A stretch of 64,000 nt of DNA from Ruditapes philippinarum (Eukaryota), in the NCBI RefSeq assembly GCF_026571515.1, contig NW_026853081.1:186001-250000 (forward strand), written 5' to 3'. The translations under genes were made by a program, and so were the position numbers. Shown in pieces: positions 42,164-56,600 of this stretch (positions are counted from its first letter, which is position 1; every line of letters starts with the position of its first letter). The notes beneath the pieces are model-generated. The model saw only the letters and a program-made list of their open reading frames with translations. It was not told the DNA's origin and did no database searches.

Positions 42164-44200
42164 TTATCAGATGAATACGATTTATTAGTAATCTTTGACG
42201 AGAAGTTTGATAATGATACTGAGTTTTCTTTCTGACAGCTACCAGTATACTTTTCAAAATGATAACATAACTAAGGAGCGCTTATTCCAATATAAATTAT
42301 GGAAATATCCAAATTAATACAACGGATAAGAGGAAACAAACGAAGATATTTATGACTTGAAATTTTAATGGAACCACATGACAACATAGTTTAATTTACA
42401 AAAAAAGCTTCTGAAATTACAATACATAGTTGAGTTTGTTTAAAAGATGCAAAAGCAAATTCAATATTCATTTGGTCGATATTTATTCCTTTCTGTGTAT
42501 GTTTTTCGGATTCATCAGATTTCGTATAATCATAAATTGTTCGTGCAGAAAGAAATATTCAAATGCCTTGGTATACCATCAAAGACATGATGAGGACTAA
42601 ATTTTTATTAACTTGACTGAAATTAAACTTTGTATGATCTATCAAACACACAATATGAAACTTAATATCTTAACATTTAAAAATAATACTTACGAAGTGA
42701 TTTAGTACCAACTTACAAGGGTTGTAGAATATATGCTTAATATCACAATATTGCTCACTTACATTTCAATCACTTTCCTTTTGCTTCCTTATTAAATCAT
42801 CGTGCCAACCTTACTGGCGGTATGGATTGTTGTATTTACAATTATTGTTATCTAGTTTCGCTTTTACAGATAAGAAAACTACTGCCATTATATCTATACA
42901 ATACAAATTTCTTCTGATGATTTGAGCTTCATTGTTACATAAAGATGACATAAACTGTGAGTTGTTTACTTTTTTATATTGAAATGGTTAGAATAAATGA
43001 TTTTGATCATTTTAGTTCTGCTGTAAGTTTACAGCATTCAGATATAAAAACATATAGTGAAATTTAATTAATAAGCCATTTATTTCAATGGTAGGATACT
43101 ACGTCATCTCGCACCTACAAAATGCTCTAAAACGGACTGCTTTTTTCGTGTAAACATTAGTCGATTAGAAGGTAAAATATATTTTTATTTTAAGAAATTG
43201 TTAGAATATCAACAAATAATGTAGCCCACCAAAGATTTGCCTTTAATTTAGTACTGCCAATTATTAAAAAAAAAACAACAACAGAAAAACGTTCTACTGC
43301 CTAGTTAAGTCCTGAAAACGGGATAAAGTTGTTTGTTTCCTAGATGCTCTCACTCAGACTCCTAAAAAATAATCCCGTTTTCAGGCTATAACCAGACATA
43401 ACTGTCATTATAACTCAGCTATATCAAAACACGAACTTGAAACACCATCTAGGCATTTTTATTTTTGAATGGGTATATGGAAATCTGTTATATATGTTAC
43501 GGTTATTTAATGATATAATCTAAGCTATTGATGCTATATTTAATAATAAATGTACAAAAAATACAAGGTTTTATGTTATTTTAAATTTTCAAAAATGTAC
43601 ACCCTCAGTAAAAAAATACCATGCCAAAGATGTTAGCATATACAACAATGTCTGTTAATATAGATATAACAAAAACATAACACAAATAAATTCATGAAAT
43701 AGTTTCCTGTTAAGTCAGAGTAAGGATAATTAAAAATGGATTGTAATCTAGCCTTTTGTCACTCAGAGTCTTGACAAATATATCCTATTATTGTCCGTGC
43801 ATGATAAAAATCGAAAACTAAATTGTTGTTTTCAAAGATGATATGTTCTGTTTTTCTATATTTATTTTATACAAAAGCACGTTAAATTTGTGTTTGCTTA
43901 TGCTAATTTAGAAATCTTAATACTTGTTATTCTAAGACATAATCTAAAAGCTTTAGCAATGTTTAAATTGAACGCTCAAGATTTTTATTTTGCCATGACA
44001 AGACCTTTCAATTTTCATCTGTTTTGTGTAGGATCGGAAGAACTTTATCATAGAGAACATTTGCATACATTGTATAAAGTTAACACGAGGTTAACTGTTA
44101 TGATTATATTTATAATCAACAAACTACGACGACACATTAATAGCTGTTTAAAAATCTCCAACTTTTCAATTCTTCACAGCATCTGTTTATATTTTTTAAC

Positions 44201-44638
44201 TCACAGTTTGTGTTTGTTATACATAAACGATGTATTCCCGGGTTCGGGAAGATATCGTATGCTTGATACTTTCGTTTGAAGACATACGTTGGAGTCTTGA
44301 ACTTGCCTGCAATTAAATAGTAAAATTTTAAAATCAAAATTCAATTTAAAGATCAGTATTACACGGAAACAGCAACATTATAAACATTAAAAGGCAATTA
44401 AATACTGACATATTGACATATTTGTTTATTCTTTTTTTTCAATTTTTAATAGGAGATATTAAAATAAGAAATAATTCGTTATCAAAAAATGTAATTACCG
44501 TTTTTTACGTGACCCTTTGCAACACACGAAGTAACAAAGAAGAACTGAGGCAACAACAACAACAAGAGCACATCCAATAGCGATTCCTATAATCATTTCT
44601 GTAGTCATTTGTGAATCTACCTCTACACAGGTACCTGA

Positions 44639-44697
<59 letters not shown>

Positions 44698-47600
44698 GCT
44701 TAGTATTTTTTTCTGTCATGATTAATAAATTCTTATTCAATATAATAATTGCTTTTCCATTTAGTAATGAGAATTTACCATTCGTCCATCTGTAAAGATT
44801 TGAATCCGGGTCACAAAGTAAACAACCAACCGGTGACAAAAAGTTACGTACTACACAAATCCCGTCGATAAAGCAGTAGCCATCCTATTGGAGAAATAAA
44901 ATAAAATTTTACCGCAAGAAAACGTCAAGTTGAAGCTATTGAAACAGTAAAGTACTGCAGACTAGTATCTATTGTGTTTGCTCAAGTGTAAATGCAATCA
45001 GTATTAAAAAGGCCAACGGCTTTAAAATTGATGCTCATAAGATCGAACACGCTAAGGTTAAGTAAGTAATGGAAAGTATAAACTGACATGACAAAGGCAT
45101 AATATATTTCACTGACATATAATGTTTAAATGGCCGAGTATTGTTAATTTCAAATTAACGTATTGTTGACTATAACATAATCATGCGTGTTTTTTCTGTT
45201 ATGAGGATCTCTTGAATACTGACTTGATAAAACACAAATTTCACTATATCAAATAAAAAGCCTATAAAACATCACCTTCAGTTCAATCATGATATTCCCT
45301 TGACTTGTACTTTGTGTCAAGCATGTAGTATCATAGACAAAGACGGTGTTGATTTCACCATAGGCAGCACCATCATTGCTGACAGAAATGTCATACGAGA
45401 TAACAAAAGGATCATCATCGTTGATTTCTTCAGATCGCCTTTTTCTACTTTCAGGTGCGCAACACTCGCCAGTGAAGATATCCTCATAGTAACCAGCATG
45501 AATAGATTGTTCCATCTTAACTCGAGTACCATTGAGATATTCCTTTATATATAATGAAAAAAATCTGGTGACACAATACATTAAATCCTGTGTATAGTCA
45601 TTTTTATGATTTCATGATGTACACTGTTTTTTCAAAGCTCAATTTGCAAAGGACGCTCTGTTGTTATATATGATAAAATGATCAATAAGATTAAAAAAAA
45701 ATCTATCAGGTTATATATTCACCTGTGAGAAAAGCGTTGAAAAATAGAAAACAAACCCTATGTTTACTTATATCACACATGAAACCATCAAACATGTTGT
45801 CAGATCGGATTTCGAAGCAAGTACAGTCATCCTCTTCTGACAATTCACAGATTCCATTTCCTTCTATACCATAAACTACAGGAGGTATTCTTATGTCATC
45901 ACTACAGTCTGGTCCACGGAATGTTCCATGGCATTCACACACTCCTAAATCAAAAAGGAAACAACTGATATGAAAACATTATACTTCAAAAATAATATAT
46001 ACTCTATCTTTAGGAATATGTTCGCCAAACTGTTTAAATTCAAAATATTCGAAAAACAAATACATGATGAATCAATTAAATAATCTCACACCCCTCTTGA
46101 TAATAAAAGTTAAAAAACAACAAGAGGAAATGGAGTCATACACAAAGGAAATAAAAGATGAAATAATAAACATGGAAATATCAATTAAACGTATGTTTAA
46201 ATTTAATAAATGTTTTAAAATATAATGTTAAACATGCAATGAATTAAAACTGCCTGCTCAGTTTAATTAAATTAGCATTTTATGAAACATGATAGTGTAA
46301 GTAAAGCAATTGATAAGCTTTTCATATAACTAATTTTAAGTCTTTGGTGAAAAAAAACATTATACCTGTCTTTAGGCATTCACCATTTCCACTACAATTG
46401 TTCAAACAAATTTGCAAACGAAAGCTGTTAACCTTGTCTGTATTATTTGCAACAAATACAGGATTGAGGTTTAGAACAGTGTCTGCGACATTGTTTACAT
46501 TAGTGACATGTGCATCAACCCAGCCTGTGTCGTTCCCATGCTAAAATGTATAAATACATATCTTGTTTTGATTTGTAATGTACTTACGGTTTTGTATGTA
46601 TCATAGCTAATTGTTCAGTTGAATTATCTTGTAAAGAAAGAAGACATTAAATTTTTTTTCACATAATGCTGGTTAAGTATGACTTGACTGCAATGTAATC
46701 AAATATTACTTCTGTAAAACCCTATATTAAATTGAAGCAAATACTGATGTAATCAACTCACAGTCAAATCATAAACACATTGTTCAACAATTATATCCGG
46801 GTCTTCTTCGGCAAGGTAGTCTGGAAACTCCATAACTGCTGGAGTATTATAAATGGAGCTGTTACACAGTGCAAATGCTTCTTCTTCTGTGAAACTGTCT
46901 GTGCTCCTCTGGTAAATGTTTACAAGAAAAAGATTAGAAGAATAATTGATATGCACATATGATGAAAGGAGTTTGATATTTTTGTACAATTTCTGTACGA
47001 GGGATATGATCAAAGGTGGTAAGAACAATAAGTTATGCCTTAAGAACAACCAAAATCGTACAATTATATACATTTCAGGTTCTGTGTGATTGAGCCTGTT
47101 CATGGACGGCAGTTGTAAATACAGTCTACTTTCTAAGCGTCTTCTAGCACAAAACTTAGCAGATATAAGAATACAATGTGTTTAGAATTTATAAAAGCTA
47201 AACGCATGAATAATTTATCAAATTTGTATGATCATGTATAGCTTAGTAATTTACTTTACTTACTCTTTCTCGGGATACAGACTCCCGGCTCCTATGTTTG
47301 TGCTGTACGGGAATTTGAGTTTCTCGCCTATTTCTACGATTAATCTTACATTTCCTCTTTGTTATAGAGTTAGGTCTGCTACAAGGCTGGTCTGCCATCC
47401 CGTTCGTTTGTGTGTTCCATGGCGTCAGCAAGCGTGCATCATTTTTAAACAAGTTTTCTTCATCCGACAATCTGATGCATTAAAAAGATCAAAGTTCCCA
47501 TATTTACGACGTAGATAAGAAAGTAGAGAAAAACGGAGCACAAAACGGCAGAGTTAAAAATTTTGCAAGACCAGTTGCTTGTATGTATAACTAGAGCTGC

Positions 47601-50600
47601 AAGTTTGGTTTTAATTTGATTTAATTGTTGTGAAGTTTATATCATTTTTTATACACAGATGCTAGCAATGTATGAAGTAAAAATTGTCGATTCACTTCAA
47701 ATATAGTTTTCTGCTGTATAGCAAATTCGTTATAAAGTTGTTAACCTTTTTACCCCATGAGCATATTGCGAAAAATGGCCGTTGTCATTGAAAAACCTTA
47801 CAATTTCAAACTGCTATGAAACTATACAAAATGCTTAAATACTAATGAAACTTTGCACAAATGTTGACTAGACCAAAGCCTGTGTAACAGCATGCTCAAT
47901 TTTAAATTTTATGTAACCATGGCAACGGAGGACGTCACAAAATTGCCAAAAATCACTATTTTGCATTGTTTTTTCCATCAAAACTGATTTCAAAGTGCTG
48001 CAACTTCTCAATGAATTGAGATAGAGTAAAAGGCTTTTCAGCGTCGGTTTCTAGTTACCCTAATATCGACCTAAGGCCATTTTTAGCCTGTCACATGTCC
48101 AAACAGATGGGGGCACATCCCCTTCTGGCAACCCCCTGATGTTACATTTGGATGGGGGACGGCGCCGAAAAAGTGGTCACTTTTATTTAACAATATATCC
48201 AAACGAAAAACAGTGCCTAAAAAAAGGGGATGGGGGGGGGGGAAAAAGCCGTCGAAAACACGCTTATATAAGGGAAAAGGTTAAACGGTGGTTTGTAATA
48301 TAAAACTCGCATAGCGGCCCGGATTATGTCAGCTCACAACCGTTGATACCTGCCAATACAACAATAAAATAATATTATATTATTCATGAAAATAATTGTG
48401 GGTCCTTACTTTTAAAAGAACGCACAGGAAGGTTAATTCATAATTTTCCTTAGAAAACTTTAAAACGCCGACGAAAAAGACTAGACTACTTCTACTTTCG
48501 CCAACTTTTTTTCCGAGCATTGATAAAACTTAGGTTTTATCCTTGTGTTCTTTGACGGATTTACAGATTTTATATTCTAAAATATCTTTTCTTTCTAGGA
48601 AAAGGTAAATATACTCTTATAATGCTCTGTTATTTATTTTCAAATAATTCATCAGAACGATTGCAACAAGAGCTATCGGTAGAACAGAAACGCTCGACTA
48701 TTCATAGTTCTTGATAGTAAAAGAGCCGTGATAATGTAAAATTTTCTGAGTAAATAACTAAAGGACAAAATTTTCATAGCTTCTATACTTTAGGAGAAAT
48801 GGCCCGGACAAAAATAAAGTATGAAAAATAACAAAGGGCAATAACTCAAAAAATAAGAAATGCAGAGTACAGGTTCTTGTGCACTGCACTTCTTCTTAAT
48901 GAGATCTATCATCCTATGAAGTTTCAAGTCCATACCTTTTATACTTTAGGAGAAATGGTCCGGACAAAAATAAAGTATGAACATTAACAAAGGGCAATAA
49001 CTCAAAAATTAAGAAGTGCAAAGTACCGGTTCTTGTGCACTAAGAAGCATGCATACCAAGTTTGAAGTCAATACGACTTATAATGACTGACTTATGCTCC
49101 GGACAAGCTTACGGGGACACCGACGCCGGCACGGACGCCGACAACGACAACGACGCCGATAAAAGCAACCCCTATATGTCGCCTTTTTCAAGGCGACACA
49201 AAAAAGGGCATTATCTGTCAAAATGCCTGATAAAATTACCGCCTCCTGTATACAGGTTGGGGTTATAATGGTGAACAAGTGTGCAAAGTTTCAAAGCCAT
49301 ATGTCAATGGACTTTGAAAATATTTGAGGTATTATAAAATCTTCAACGTTAATTCAAAGACGAAAAAGGGGCATAATTCTGTTAAAGTGCTTGATACAGT
49401 TACCTCCTCCTGTCTACAGGTTGGGGTCATGATGGTGCAACAAGTGTGCAAAGTTTCAAACCCATATGTCTATGGATTTTGAAAATATTTGAGGTATTAC
49501 AAAAACTTAAACATAAATTTAAGTCGAAAAGGGGGCATAATTCTGTCAAAAAGCTTGATACAATTACCTCCTCCTGTTTACGGGTTGGGGTCATGATGGT
49601 GAACAAGCGCGTGCAAAGTTTCTAAGCCATATGTCAATGGACTTTGAAAATATTTGAGGTATTACAAAAACTTTAGCATAAGTGGTTACGCCGACACCGA
49701 CGCCGACGCTCGGGTGAGTACAATAGATTTACTTATTTTTATCGAAAATGCATTTTTAAGCTATTCAAAAATTATAAAATAAAGTAAATTTATTGTTAGG
49801 TAGGGTTATTGACTTCGAACCATTTGCCCCGTACCAATGCGGGTTAAAATCCGCAAATGACTTTGGATTTGTTTGTTTAAGGAAGATATTCAGATACAAT
49901 GTACATGCATGAAAAGCTGTTGGGTTTACCCCGTTCGTATAGAGGTGCGTCTGAGGACATTTTCTAAAAATCAATAAAGCTGGAAAGTCACATGACTTTA
50001 AAATGCCTGTGTGAATAAAAAACCCAAAAGTAAAACATTAAGCAATAAAAAGCAATAATAAACTTAGGTAAACACATAACTTTGTTAATGACTTTAGAAC
50101 AGTCAAGTTAACTTTTGCAAAATTTAGATACATTAAAGCAACCATTCATTAAATACAAAGCCTATTACCTAAAAGAAGAACACTGAATCCTTAAGGAATG
50201 TCCCGAAACGGGAAAAATGAAAACAAAAAAGACGAAACAAATATATGAAAAATGCCCCGACGTTCGAAAAAAGGCCCTAGTTTGTAAATCATCATTTAAA
50301 AGTATCTGTTAATAAAACACCTGTTTAAACACAAAATATTCCATTTAAAATTAATAATTCTTTTTCTCAACGTTGCAACATCAACTGAACTGAGAACTTT
50401 TTAAAAATTAATATTCTTACCTCCAACTATCTGCGAATCGATAGCTCCGATTATTGTCATTTGAAATGGTTTTGTTATCTCTGTGAAGAAGGTCATTGCT
50501 TCTGTCGCCATCAAATGTTCCACATAAGCCATCAACATTGCCGTAATCTTTAGCAGACATGTATATGTCAATGTTCATTGTGTTACTCCATCCATGAAAT

Positions 50601-53600
50601 GCTATGTCGATAATGGTACCTATTGGTGTTCTGACCTATATATTTAACCGAAATTAATGTAAATAAAGAAATGAAATTTATATCTAAGTTATGTTACTTA
50701 AACAATGTATTCAAGATTAATATGGTTTTGTAAATTTAAAGATCCGAATGTTTCCATAAAAAGTTGTGTATGTGAAAAACTATCTTACTTTACTAGTGAC
50801 TCGACTATTTGTGATGAGATAAGGGGATAAGATAAAAATAAGAAAACTATTAAACATTTCGATTTTTATCCGGCCGGAAAAAAAAAATAATTTTATGTTA
50901 AATAGAAGTAACAAGAGCCCGGTTGAGCCGGGTGATGCTCCCCGAATAGGTTTTGGACACAGGAAAGTACACTTCTTGTAGTTTCAGAGTTATGCTCCTG
51001 GAAAAAGTTCAAAGTGCAATAATTCCCAAATTAGGCAAGGCAGAGTAACTGTTCTTTGCACTGCACTTCTAATCAATGCGATCTATCAACCTACAAACTT
51101 TCTTGTTGATATCTCTTATTGTTTCCCGGACAAGTTTAAAATGTGAAAATGAACAAAGGGCAATTACTACAAAATTTGGCAAGGCAGAGTTCAAGTTCTT
51201 GTGCACTGCACATCTACCCATTGAGATACATCTACCTACAAAGTTTCAAGTTGATATCTTGTAGTTTTAGAGTAATTTCCGAGACAAAGTTCAAAAGTAA
51301 AAATAAACAAAGGGCAATAACTCCAGAATTAGGCAAGGCAGAGTTATGATTCTTGTGCACTGCATATCTACCCATTGAGATATATTCACCTACAGAGTTT
51401 CATGTTGATATCTCTTATAGTTTTAGAGTTATGTCCCGGACAATATTTTTCTATAAGGGGAAATAATTAAAAAACCGGGCAAAATAGAGTTATGGTTCTT
51501 TGACACTGCACTCCCCCTCAATGCCCTCTACCACTGTATGAAGTTTAAACAAATTATCTCCAACGGTTTTCAAGTTATGCTCCGGACAAGACAACGGACG
51601 GACGGACAGACGGACAAGGCGTCGACTATATGCTCCCCCGAAATTTTTCGGGGAGCATAAAAAAGTAACTTGCTGACGTTGCCTTCCCAGAAACATTTGC
51701 TGTATCAGGAAAAGCACTTGATTATGTATGTGTAGATACGGATTAAACTAAAAACATATCGAAACTATGGATTTCAGTCAGCGAGATGAGTGTGTTTGTT
51801 TTATGTAAAAAAAACTGTTTACTTAACAGTGAACTAAACTGAAAGCCAGAATGTGGCCTTATCAACTTCAGTGTTGTTAAGTAGCTTCTATATATGTATG
51901 TGTGTAATAAGAGATTAATACACGGCAGAGTAGGACCGGAAGGTGATAATCGGCCCGCAAAATAAATAATGGCCCGAGGGCTTCAGCCCGAGGGCATTAT
52001 TCATTTCAGGGCCGATTATCACCTTCTGGCACAACTATGACTTGTATTATTGTATTTAATACAGTTGGTAGATCTAATAATAGCATTTGTATTAAACAAA
52101 TACTTTGATATTTATACGTTCAAATTCCTGTCTTTACTTCTACTGTACAGTTACTTCTACAGAGTTGTTTACTCTTTATGTGTACAAAGTACACTAGAAA
52201 TTAGAAGCAAACTTGTATTATTTTCTTTTTTTTTTTCGGAATGAATTTGTCGTATTATTTAATTAAATTTCAATAGTTAAAAGACTGTGTTTGTACGAAA
52301 TACGCTTAAGCTCTCATAATAAAATCAAGCGATTCGTGCTAAAAACCTACTTTCATTTTACAGTTAACAGTTTGATGACGTAAAATCTGACGACATTGTT
52401 TCAGTTTGTTTCAGTTCTCGGCCCCGGGCCGCAAAGCCCCGGGCCGCAAAGTCATAATAGGTCACGTGACACTTATAATCAGTTAAATCACGGGCAATTT
52501 TCTTACTATATATAGTAACAAGTGTATTAATCTTGGATAAAAATACCTTAATTAATGTTCTTCAGTTTTTTTAATAATGGAATTCATTTTACTTACACGT
52601 ATTGTAGATTTCTAAAATTAATACAGACCTTGTAATGGTGGGGATGCATTTCGTCGATATCAATAAGTCCACCTTCATTACATATTAAGTCGAATTTGAA
52701 TATGGTGTTGTAACATTTGTTAAAGATGAAAGTATCAGCTCCAACAGCTATTGCTATTCCACATGCACATACAGGTCCGCTGTTTGATCCAGGGGAACAA
52801 TACTGAGCTGACTGTTGAACCTGAAAACATGAAATTTATTCTATTATTTATCAAAGCTTAATTATTTCATGCTAAGTATGTATATTTTTCCCCATTTCAT
52901 TAAGTTTACCTTTTGTATTATAGAAATTGTTTTAGCATTGTCTTTTCAAAACACTATGATTGAAAGGAAAAAGAATGTTTCAAAAGTAGTGATCATAAGG
53001 TTACATGCTTTGCTTTGTACATTATAACCATCATTTAATCAGTGTTGTTTCTTTATCAGGTATCGGTGTAATGAATGATTCCTTTTCTGCCGAAAATACA
53101 TGACACGTTGTTCAAGTTATTGTTTCATAAACTCCACTGCAAAAACTTTAAACAAAAGACTAAAAGCATTAAGCTATGTGGAAAGTTACAACCTCTGTTT
53201 GGTATCTTTTATTCCTGTATAATGTATAATTTCCTTCCTCCTGAGCTTCATAATACCTGAAAAATAGATAAGTGAAATATTGGTTTTGTTTGTTTATTTA
53301 TTTGGTTTACGGTACATCAACACGATATTTGTCAATTGGTGTCGAAACAGGAAAAATGATTTTGGCTAACCTCGGGTGTTATAAACTTAAAATTAACACC
53401 AGGTTCAAAGCAACCTCGCTTGCTGAAGGTTACTGATGCACATAACCCATTTTATCGGCAGGGATACACTGTGGCTGCAATTCTTATGTCCTAACCATTA
53501 AAAGCATCAACTCAATCACAAGGAAATCTTGCTTTTGTAAAAAGTTAAACACACATATATTATAACACGATTGTGACGCATCATTTTTAAATTCATTAAA

Positions 53601-56600
53601 ATCATTTGAAAATATGTTCACCTTAAATACTATCATTATATCATACTTACATTATAAGTTTTGGTAAAACTGACATTCCATTCCCTGTAACCTTTCAAAT
53701 TTCGTTTTTGCTTTAAATAGACATATGTTCTTGAACAAACTTTTTTAATGATATCATGCTTAAATAAACACAGGAAATATCACGAGGGGAGTTCAGTAAG
53801 AACGTAAAACTTTCCTAATAGCAGCATATGCCTTTATGATAAATGTCGTCTGTTTGGTTCCTAAACGAAATTTCTGTAGTTTCCTTGAACTCTTTATTTT
53901 CCTCGATCCACGCAAAGGGGTCTTTAAATTCGAAACAGATAATAATCACTTCGGGCCAGGTCTGGAATGAATGGCGGATGACTTTATTGCTCAAACTTAC
54001 AAATGGCCGTTTGTACAACTCTGGACATGTGCACTGGGACATTGAGAAAAGGACACTGTGTGCTAGCTTCACCCTTCGTTTTTGATATTAATGATATTAG
54101 CATAGTATTCACCTGTAATTGAAAAACATGTATGCTTGCAAGCTGTTCATATGATACCTTTTGATTCCCAATAAAACCGTTGCCATTACTTTGTCGGCTA
54201 ATGGTTCGGGATAGTTCTTAAAGCCATTTGGGACTGACTAGTCTTAATGTTCCGTCTTCTGCCTTGCTTCGTCGGGCCCTTGTAGGTGATTTTCTTGTTG
54301 CTCTGTCTTCCTTTAGGACATTGAGTACTTTTGTTATAGTCATTGGGTTTACTTTTATATGTTTCTACATTATCATTTTGGTGTTTTACTTATTTAACCT
54401 TGTTTTGTAACCATAACAACTGTTAGAATTTCACTTAGCGAGGATTCATTTTATTTACACTGTCTCGTTTATAGGAACATGGTGGTGCTAAGAGCGAGGT
54501 TTGGTGCACCATTAACCGGTTCAAACTCCCCAGCAGTCATTATTATGCTGCTGACCGTTCCAAGGCGGTGCCCCTCTGTGTTCCTCAGATGTATGTCTAT
54601 GTTGTTTCATACTGTTTTGGTGACACTTTTGCTTGTGTCCCTTGTTGTTTTCTCGTCTACGGTAAGTATCTTCCCCATTGCCCCAAGTTTTTATTTCTTT
54701 GATTACCCCCCTTCCCCCGGTCTCCTGTCCCCTTCCCTTTTGTGGGCCTATTATTTATTTAATCATTTATTTGTTTTCTTTGAATTCCTAATCAGTTACA
54801 AATTATTTATCATTTAGTGATTAACCTGTCCGTGCTCTGTCTTTGCCCTGTCCTGTTTTTGTTTTGGTTCTGTCTGGGCTCCTTGCCATTGGTTTTTGTT
54901 GATGGGTCATATGGGGGTTGCGTTCATTGAACGCCGTCTTTCCTTGTTGATCTTGTTTATATTTTAGGTGAGGGTAAACCAGTGCGCTCCCATTGTATGG
55001 CCTCTGTATTACATAGGTTCCAGTGGTGAAACAAAGTTTCATCTCCTGTTACAAGACTATTATGAAAGTCTGGGATTACACACTTGTAAAAGCTCCTGAC
55101 CTGACACTATCCTCTGATCTTTTATGTTCAGGTATCTTGATACCATCCTAGCAGATGTTTTTGATATGCCAAAAGATTGTTCATAGATTAAAGTGTAATA
55201 AATTCTGGTAAATTCTGAAGCAAGTTTGGCAACTTTGATTGGACGATCATTGAGCAGTCTATCATCTCCTAGCTGGTGAAATCAGGAGAACAACCTGGCT
55301 CAAGATAATCATATTCTAAGATGTCTCAACCACGATTAATTTATAGTGACCATTTTGCCACTGTGAAATACTTTTGGCTACTATCACCATACATTTCAGT
55401 CATGCGGCGATGGATTTCTTTGGTGTTATACATTAGTTATGAGCCTCATGACTTCTGTTGACTACTGTTTAGACCAATGAGATTACAGATATATTTAGAT
55501 CATATAATAAAGAAAAATATCGAGTTCTACGGACTTTAACTCTCATTGTTTTGTAAAACATTATAAATATACATGTATATTTTCTTACAATCCGTCTACT
55601 GTTCTCATATGTGGATCGACGTGTGAGTAACATCTTTTGTTCCGATGTCTGTCATTGTCTGTTACTGTGACCTGAAATTACATAAAAATACATTATACTA
55701 AAGACAATTGTAAAATACTTACATATGTTCTGGTGTAATCCAGTATTCCTACTTGAATACTATACTATCACCCTTAGGATATGTTATTTGTCTTTTGACA
55801 ACTTGTCTTTGATATACAGGCTTCATTACCACAGTTCTTCTTTTAAAATTCCTTTTTATTTAGTTTCACCCATTGTTTTTCTCGTTTAGCACACACACAG
55901 CCTTTATTTGGCGACCATACGCCGCTTGTCATGGTATGACATGACCATGTCGCATTGAAGGTTCCATTATAACCGCCGTATGAACACATCTGCGCGTAAT
56001 GTTTCTAAATTCAAAATTTCACAATTTTCACGTTTAAATGTTAGATTCTACTTAAGCTGGGGGCGTGGATGGTACCTTGCATTTTCTAGTACTGAACATG
56101 AACAGGCTCAATCACACCGAGTCTGCAACATTTTTTCAGTTCACTCGTTGTGGGCGTTCTGTAGGAATTCTGTTTTCAGATTTCAGATTTTTCTCTATTT
56201 TATTGCATAATATAATAAGACCATAAGGACCTCCTTTTAAAGAAATGATGAAAGTGTTAAATGAAATTTAAATCCCTAAGCATTCTATGGTCGTCTTAAT
56301 GTTAAACAACTGATGCCATTTAAAATTAAATCAAATTCACTCACATGAATGGCTCCTATAGTCTGAAACAAAAGAAAAACATTAAAAGAAAATATAGTTC
56401 TCACCTATATGACACATGTACTAGTTTTTACACAAATAAACCCATCTATAAATATTGTAATAAAATAGTGATATGAAAGCCTTTAAATACATTATTAAAC
56501 ATTCAAAATTTTGTTTAGGTTTATTTTAAAACAGTACCATCTCTTTGCAATCATGAAATAAACTCAAGGAAGGGAATTAACTATACCTCTGATCTGACTG

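Noticed and set aside
48665-51663. Regularly spaced repeats as a CRISPR array
   Set aside because: Units are contiguous ~150-bp tandem copies with no unique spacers and no cas genes, in a eukaryotic intron.
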